Shown here in pieces: positions 59,803 to 64,000 of a DNA stretch of 64,000 nucleotides. A model generated the notes under the pieces. That model saw only the letters and a program-made list of their open reading frames with translations. It was not told where the DNA came from and did no database searches. How positions within the stretch are numbered: the first letter of the stretch is position 1; the number at the start of each line of letters is the position of its first letter. The stretch is taken from NCBI GenBank assembly GCA_026387175.1, contig JAPLME010000011.1, positions 129,856 through 193,855 of the forward strand. Direction: 5' to 3'. Position numbers and translations under genes: made by a program. Origin of the DNA: Candidatus Omnitrophota bacterium. Lineage in GTDB: Bacteria; Omnitrophota; Gorgyraeia; 2-01-FULL-45-10.

Positions 59803-60426
59803 ATGGTGGGAAAAATACTTTTCATTTTTTTTGCGATTTCAATTGTATCTGTTAATTGCAGTAACTGCGCTGATAGCGCCTCCTATGCTGTTCAAGAGCC
59901 AAAAGGCGATACTGTGAACCTGGTTGATTTTATTCCCCAGAAGATAAATTTTCCATTTGAAATCAAGTATCCGGCAAAATGGTATGTTAGGGAAGAGCTT
60001 ACGGGTAATATGCCGGCTCTCATTTTAAGCCAGGAGCCGATTAAAAATGATACAGACAAATATAAAGTTGGCGTGAGTTTATTGTATAACGTAGGTTATT
60101 TTTCCAGCAGAGAGTCTTCCAGCTCAGCTTTGGGACAAACTGCCGATCTTGTGGTAAGAATTAGGGATTGGAAAGAAAGCAAAAAGCAATTTGTTGAAGG
60201 TTTGAAAGAAGCAGGAAATACTATTATTTCCCAATCGGATATAAAAGTTTCTGGGCAGCCTGCCCTGCGAGTTGAGTTTGAATCGAAAGCCGTGAGAGTC
60301 ACTGTCATATATGTGCAGGTAGGTGTGCATCTTTTAATGATGACCTTTGAGTCTCCTCCTCAAGAATATAATCTATATAAAGATATTTTTGAAAAGATGA
60401 TAAACTCGCTATTTTTTACACGATAG
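59803..60426 (+). CDS. Hypothetical secreted/lipoprotein (207 aa).
   Basis: Signal peptide with Cys 'FAISIVSVNCSNC'. AT-rich. A GGAGGGG RBS precedes the start. Confidence 0.45.
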   Translation: MVGKILFIFFAISIVSVNCSNCADSASYAVQEPKGDTVNLVDFIPQKINFPFEIKYPAKWYVREELTGNMPALILSQEPIKNDTDKYKVGVSLLYNVGYFSSRESSSSALGQTADLVVRIRDWKESKKQFVEGLKEAGNTIISQSDIKVSGQPALRVEFESKAVRVTVIYVQVGVHLLMMTFESPPQEYNLYKDIFEKMINSLFFTR

Positions 60427-60464
60427 GCAAGATTCTCTGATATATACTTATTGGGAATAAGAAT

Positions 60465-60487
60465 AAATAGGGCGCAGCGCCCTATTT
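60465..60487. repeat. Palindromic element AAATAGGGCGC-A-GCGCCCTATTT, copy 1. A likely bidirectional terminator. A second copy is at 60630-60652.
   Basis: Perfect palindromes that also form a direct repeat 165 bp apart. The core matches the terminator at 24097-24122. Confidence 0.5.
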
Positions 60488-60554
60488 GTGGAGTGAGATA
60501 ACCGTCTTAGCGAATAAGGATGGTCGATGAAGATAGGAAGATACGAATATGGGG

Positions 60555-60584
60555 GCAACTCTTCAGCGAGAGAGTTGCTTTTTT
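60555..60584 (+). terminator. Intrinsic terminator (GCAACTCT-TCAGCGAG-AGAGTTGC followed by T6).
   Basis: 8-bp perfect stem plus T6. It lies between the two palindromic elements. Confidence 0.6.
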
Positions 60585-60629
60585 ATTTCAGAATAGCTTG
60601 TGCCGTGCTTATAACCTTTATAATTCAAT

Positions 60630-60652
60630 AAATAGGGCGCAGCGCCCTATTT
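60630..60652. repeat. Palindromic element AAATAGGGCGC-A-GCGCCCTATTT, copy 2.
   Basis: Identical to copy 1. Confidence 0.5.
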
Positions 60653-60876
60653 ATAAGATATAATTTAGTAGGGTGCCCCTTTTCAGGATGGCCCCATTTT
60701 TGTGCGCACATTTTGTTACCCCTCCTTAATATATTTTAAAATAATTTGCAACAATTTGGCCTATTTTAGCGTCTTATATAATAGGTGAGTATAAACGCAA
60801 TCGCCTGATCTAATACAAAAAGCGTGTTATATTTATAATTATATTGACAAAAATACATATATGAGGTATCCTTAAT

Positions 60877-61158
60877 ATGCTTAAAGAGCATGGCAGTTTC
60901 ATATGGGATCCGAGGAAGGAAAGAGTGAATGTTTATAAGCACCGCATAGATTTTATTACCGCAGCCAAGGCATTTGAGGACCCAAAGAGAAAGATATTTA
61001 TCGATTCTAAACATAGCGAACGTGAAGATAGATATTTCTGTATAGGGAAAGTAGGCGATAGAATCATAACCATACGATTTACATATCGAAACGGTAAGAT
61101 CAGGATGATCGGTGCGGGTTACTGGAGAAAGGGGATAAGATATTATGAGAAAACATAA
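60877..61158 (+). CDS. brnT: BrnT-family (DUF497) type II toxin (ribonuclease toxin).
   Basis: 93 aa starting 'FIWDPRKERVNVYKHRIDFITAAKAFEDP'. BrnT-like. Its stop overlaps the start of the downstream antitoxin. Confidence 0.65.
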   Translation: MLKEHGSFIWDPRKERVNVYKHRIDFITAAKAFEDPKRKIFIDSKHSEREDRYFCIGKVGDRIITIRFTYRNGKIRMIGAGYWRKGIRYYEKT

Positions 61159-61375
61159 GACAGATCAGGATATGCCGATAGGCGAGTTAAAGAGAGTAGA
61201 TGATTTCTTGCCGCCGCCTAAAGAATTGGCTGTTCCGGAACAGACCATTATGGTCACTTTGCGGCTAAGCGAGAAGAGCGTTGACTTCTTCAAACAGCAA
61301 GCTAAGAGGTATAACACCAAGTATCAGAAGATGCTGAGGTTCCTGGTGGACAAATATGTGGAACGATATACATAA
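61145..61375 (+). CDS. brnA: BrnA-family antitoxin.
   Basis: 76 aa with '...LPPPKELA...QTIMVTLRLSEKSVDFFKQQAKRYNTKYQKMLRFLVDKY', a BrnA-like RHH/CopG-type protein. Toxin-antitoxin gene order and a 14-nt overlap. Confidence 0.65.
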   Translation: MRKHKTDQDMPIGELKRVDDFLPPPKELAVPEQTIMVTLRLSEKSVDFFKQQAKRYNTKYQKMLRFLVDKYVERYT

Positions 61376-61435
61376 ATGGGATTGTCGCAGGGACGGGTCT
61401 GGGTTATAATAAAGAATAAGAAAAAGGAGCTGCCT

Positions 61436-61936
61436 ATGAAAAGAAGCGTGTTTTTAGTGTTTGTATTCTGTCTTATCTTGATCATGCCGGCGTTTTCTAG
61501 TGAGCAAGCAGATACGGCGAAAGAGGAGATAAAAGCAACGATCTGCGAACTAATGAATAGAGTTACTAGTACAGCGGAGACGCTCGATGCGGCAAAGACC
61601 CTTTCGGTCTTGAGCGACGACCCGGACGCGGTCTTCTTTTTTGGCTCAAAACCGTACAGCAAGGCGGAGCTGGTGAGGACCCTCGCCGAGGCCTATGGTA
61701 AGCTCAAGTCCATGAAGATCAGTATGAACGCGCCCAAAGTGGAGGTGCTGGGAGCTGACGCCGCCGTATGGACCGCTACAGGCAGGGCAGACTCTGTCGG
61801 TAAATCCGGCGAGAGCTATACGGAAATGCTTACTGAAACCTGGATTTGGCAGAAGCAGTCCGGCATATGGCGTGTAGTTCATTACAATGAGTCGGTGACC
61901 GTTCCCCCTTTGACGCCCAAAAATAGTGATAAGTAA
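61436..61936 (+). CDS. Secreted NTF2-like / SnoaL-like (DUF4440-type) protein.
   Basis: An AAGGAG RBS precedes the start. Signal peptide 'MKRSVFLVFVFCLILIMPAFSS'. Size and hydrophobic pattern suggest an NTF2-like fold. The family call is tentative. Confidence 0.45.
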   Translation: MKRSVFLVFVFCLILIMPAFSSEQADTAKEEIKATICELMNRVTSTAETLDAAKTLSVLSDDPDAVFFFGSKPYSKAELVRTLAEAYGKLKSMKISMNAPKVEVLGADAAVWTATGRADSVGKSGESYTEMLTETWIWQKQSGIWRVVHYNESVTVPPLTPKNSDK

Positions 61937-61960
61937 ACTTGGATCCGCTTAGGAGTATCG

Positions 61961-62767
61961 ATGCCAGATAAGACGATCGTAGACCCGGGGCTGTATTCAA
62001 AAGATTATTTTTTGACCGATAATGAGGGTTTTAATGAATGGACTAAAGGCCTCGACAGCAACATCCATGATAAATTCAAAAAAGCCCTAAAATACGGAAA
62101 CCCAAAGAGAGGCGACGCTATACTGGATTTGGGATGCGGCCGCGGCGAATTGATTTACTACTGCGCTAAGCGAGGCGCTAAAATTCTGGGTATCGATTAT
62201 AGCGCAGAGGGCATAGCACTGGCGAGAGAGGTTATACTCAGACTTCCGCCCGACTTGCGCAAACTGGCCCAGGCCGAAGTGGGCGATATAGGAACATTTG
62301 ATTTTAAGGATAAATATGATATTGTATTCATGATCGAAGTTGCCGAACATATGCATGACTGGCAGCTAAAAGAAGCGTTTAAAAGAATACGCAGTATATT
62401 GAAAGATAACGGCCGCCTGATAATGATGACCCCTAATTATTATTATGAAAAATTCCTTTCTCCATTAAAAAGAATAGTGGATATCCCTTCAAATTTAATA
62501 AAATGGCCTCTGAGGATAATAAGAGGAAAGTATAAAAATGGCAGCGCATGGGCGGGTTTTAAAAAAATATTCAGGATAGCTCCCGACAGGGGAGAGCTTA
62601 ACAAGAAAATGCATGTCAATATTACTACGCCCGGCATGCTGCGTAAATTATTGAGTGATTTCGATGTCCAAATAGAATGTATCGATCCTTCCGTTAATCC
62701 CATGAGCCTTATCGCTAAAAAATGGTGCGGCAGAGAGATCGTTGTGATAGCGAGAAAGAAGCAATGA
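61961..62767 (+). CDS. Class I SAM-dependent methyltransferase.
   Basis: 'ILDLGCGRGELIYYCAKRGAKILGIDYS' (motif I) and 'DIVFMIEVAEH'. Confidence 0.7.
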   Translation: MPDKTIVDPGLYSKDYFLTDNEGFNEWTKGLDSNIHDKFKKALKYGNPKRGDAILDLGCGRGELIYYCAKRGAKILGIDYSAEGIALAREVILRLPPDLRKLAQAEVGDIGTFDFKDKYDIVFMIEVAEHMHDWQLKEAFKRIRSILKDNGRLIMMTPNYYYEKFLSPLKRIVDIPSNLIKWPLRIIRGKYKNGSAWAGFKKIFRIAPDRGELNKKMHVNITTPGMLRKLLSDFDVQIECIDPSVNPMSLIAKKWCGREIVVIARKKQ

Positions 62768-62786
62768 CGCATAAGGAACCGGCGTT

Positions 62787-63893
62787 ATGAGTAAAAAACA
62801 GGCGGAGAGCGCGTTAAGAGAGAGTGAAAAGAAGTATCGCCGGCTCGTCGAGGGCGTTAACAGCATCATCCTGCGCATGGACACGGAAGGCAGGGTGACC
62901 TTTTTAAATAAGTTCGCGCAAAAATTTTTCGGATATAAGAAGAGCGAGATAATGGGCAAAAGCGTGATCGGGACGATAACGCCTGTTACGGACAGCGCCG
63001 GGCGCGATCTTAAGGCGATGATAAGCGATATCATGCTCAATCCCGCGAAGTACGTCAGCAATGAGAATGAGAACATGCTGCGCGGCGGCCGGCGGGTGTG
63101 GATATCCTGGACTAACAGCGCTGTCCTCGATAAAGATGATCGCCCGACAGAGATACTCTGCGTCGGCAACGATATCAGCGCGATAAAGAAAGCGCAGGAA
63201 CTCTTAAAGGAGATGGACGATAGAAAGTCGGCCTTTGTCGCCAATGTGGCCCACGAGTTCAAAAACCCTCTATGCATCATGAAGGAGTCGCTGACCATTC
63301 TCATTAAAGGCATGGCCGGAGAGGTCGGGCCGAAGCAGAAAGAGATACTCGAGATAACGAGGCGGAATACATTCCGGCTCATCAGGCTGGTGACCGATCT
63401 CCTGGATATCGCGAAGATCGAAGCGGGGAAGATGAAGCTGAATAAAGAGGATGTGGATGTGGGTTCGTTAATAGATGAGATAGCGGTGGACAATAGTGCC
63501 GATATTTCCAAAAAGAAACTTACCCTGAAAAAAGATATCTCGAAAACCGCGGGCCTTATCCGGGCCGATAAAGACAGGCTGACGGAAGTCGTTATCAACC
63601 TTTTGAGCAATGCCGTAAAATATACGCCCTCCGGAGGCAGTATAACCGTTAAGCTTTCAGGGACAGGAAAAGAGATACGGTTCGAGATATCCGATACCGG
63701 GCCGGGCATCGCGAAGAAAGATTTTAATAAATTATTCGATAAATTCGAGCGTATTACCGCGGAAAGGCAGGAAGGTACGGGTCTGGGGCTTTCCATAGCC
63801 AAAGATATCATAAAACTGCACAAAGGAAAGATCTGGGTCCAGAGTGAAGTCGGTAAAGGCAGCAAATTTATTTTCACTCTGCCCAGGAACTGA
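62787..63893 (+). CDS. Cytoplasmic PAS-domain sensor histidine kinase.
   Basis: PAS region (NKFAQKFFGYKKSEIMGKSVIG), H-box 'VAHEFKNPL', N/G boxes 'LLSNAVKYT' and 'GTGLGLSIAKDI'. No TM segments. Confidence 0.8.
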   Translation: MSKKQAESALRESEKKYRRLVEGVNSIILRMDTEGRVTFLNKFAQKFFGYKKSEIMGKSVIGTITPVTDSAGRDLKAMISDIMLNPAKYVSNENENMLRGGRRVWISWTNSAVLDKDDRPTEILCVGNDISAIKKAQELLKEMDDRKSAFVANVAHEFKNPLCIMKESLTILIKGMAGEVGPKQKEILEITRRNTFRLIRLVTDLLDIAKIEAGKMKLNKEDVDVGSLIDEIAVDNSADISKKKLTLKKDISKTAGLIRADKDRLTEVVINLLSNAVKYTPSGGSITVKLSGTGKEIRFEISDTGPGIAKKDFNKLFDKFERITAERQEGTGLGLSIAKDIIKLHKGKIWVQSEVGKGSKFIFTLPRN

Positions 63894-63932
63894 TTCGGGT
63901 TATAATACAAGTAACTTGCGAAGGAGGCCTTA

Positions 63933-64000
63933 ATGCCGCTGGTTCAGAGAATATTGTTATACGTGCACATAATCCCTTTGGGCGCGATTATGGTTTTTCT
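63933..64000 (+). CDS. 5' end of an unidentified gene (MPLVQRILLYVHIIPLGAIMVF...). Truncated by the window end.
   Basis: An AGGAGG RBS lies 8 nt upstream. The hydrophobic N-terminus suggests a membrane or secreted protein. Confidence 0.3.
   Translation, partial: MPLVQRILLYVHIIPLGAIMVF

Noticed and set aside
62648-63910. A 420-aa minus-strand ORF.
   Set aside because: It is entirely antisense to the well-supported PAS histidine kinase and methyltransferase genes. It has a low-complexity Ser/Leu-rich composition and no recognisable motifs.

Overview
The window is dense, mostly plus-strand bacterial coding sequence. The rpsB-tsf-pyrH-frr-tRNA-Lys arrangement says bacterial. The secreted multi-kb ORFs and the Mbh-type hydrogenase fit an Omnitrophota-like, uncultured anaerobe, but that lineage call is inference only.

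Main blocks, in order:
1. Hydrogenase region. A 3' fragment of hypE and a UPF0280-like gene are followed by a 560-bp structured noncoding gap, then a NIL-ferredoxin, a UDG-family glycosylase and an overlapping Pif1-like helicase. After a strong sigma70 promoter comes a ~13-kb operon encoding a group-4 membrane-bound [NiFe]-hydrogenase with a complete MrpA-G antiporter module. A HydB/AsrA-like and a HydG/AsrB-like (NAD(P)H/FAD/FeS) gene precede it, a PhoU-like gene sits inside it, and the HycI maturation protease ends it. pabB-pabC follow directly.
2. A 1518-aa secreted protein carrying a macro domain and a DPPF-type SAM methyltransferase domain.
3. A TonB-dependent receptor; an lpxB/Gfo-Idh-MocA pair on the minus strand divergent from msbA; and the rpsB-tsf-pyrH-frr-tRNA-Lys(UUU) block.
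4. An ABC-2 exporter, a menaquinone prenylation / polyprenyl synthase / NDH-2 / DoxX cluster, and a pyruvate kinase lacking the C-terminal domain.
5. A clear TPP riboswitch with an intrinsic terminator and two unexplained tandem 52-nt hairpin repeats upstream of thi4.
6. A GHMP-kinase::GH77 4-alpha-glucanotransferase fusion (1319 aa).
7. A 4179-aa secreted YD-repeat giant protein with two large, recently duplicated internal modules. Its AT-rich 3' end (C39-like plus alpha/beta-hydrolase domains) together with two AT-rich downstream small genes looks like a swapped toxin/immunity cassette.
8. A brnT/brnA toxin-antitoxin pair, an NTF2-like secreted protein, a SAM methyltransferase and a PAS histidine kinase.

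The strongest novelty candidates are the NAD(P)H-module-linked Mbh/Mrp hydrogenase operon, the giant polymorphic-toxin-like locus and the two unusual multidomain proteins. No CRISPR array, rRNA or obvious transposase was seen.
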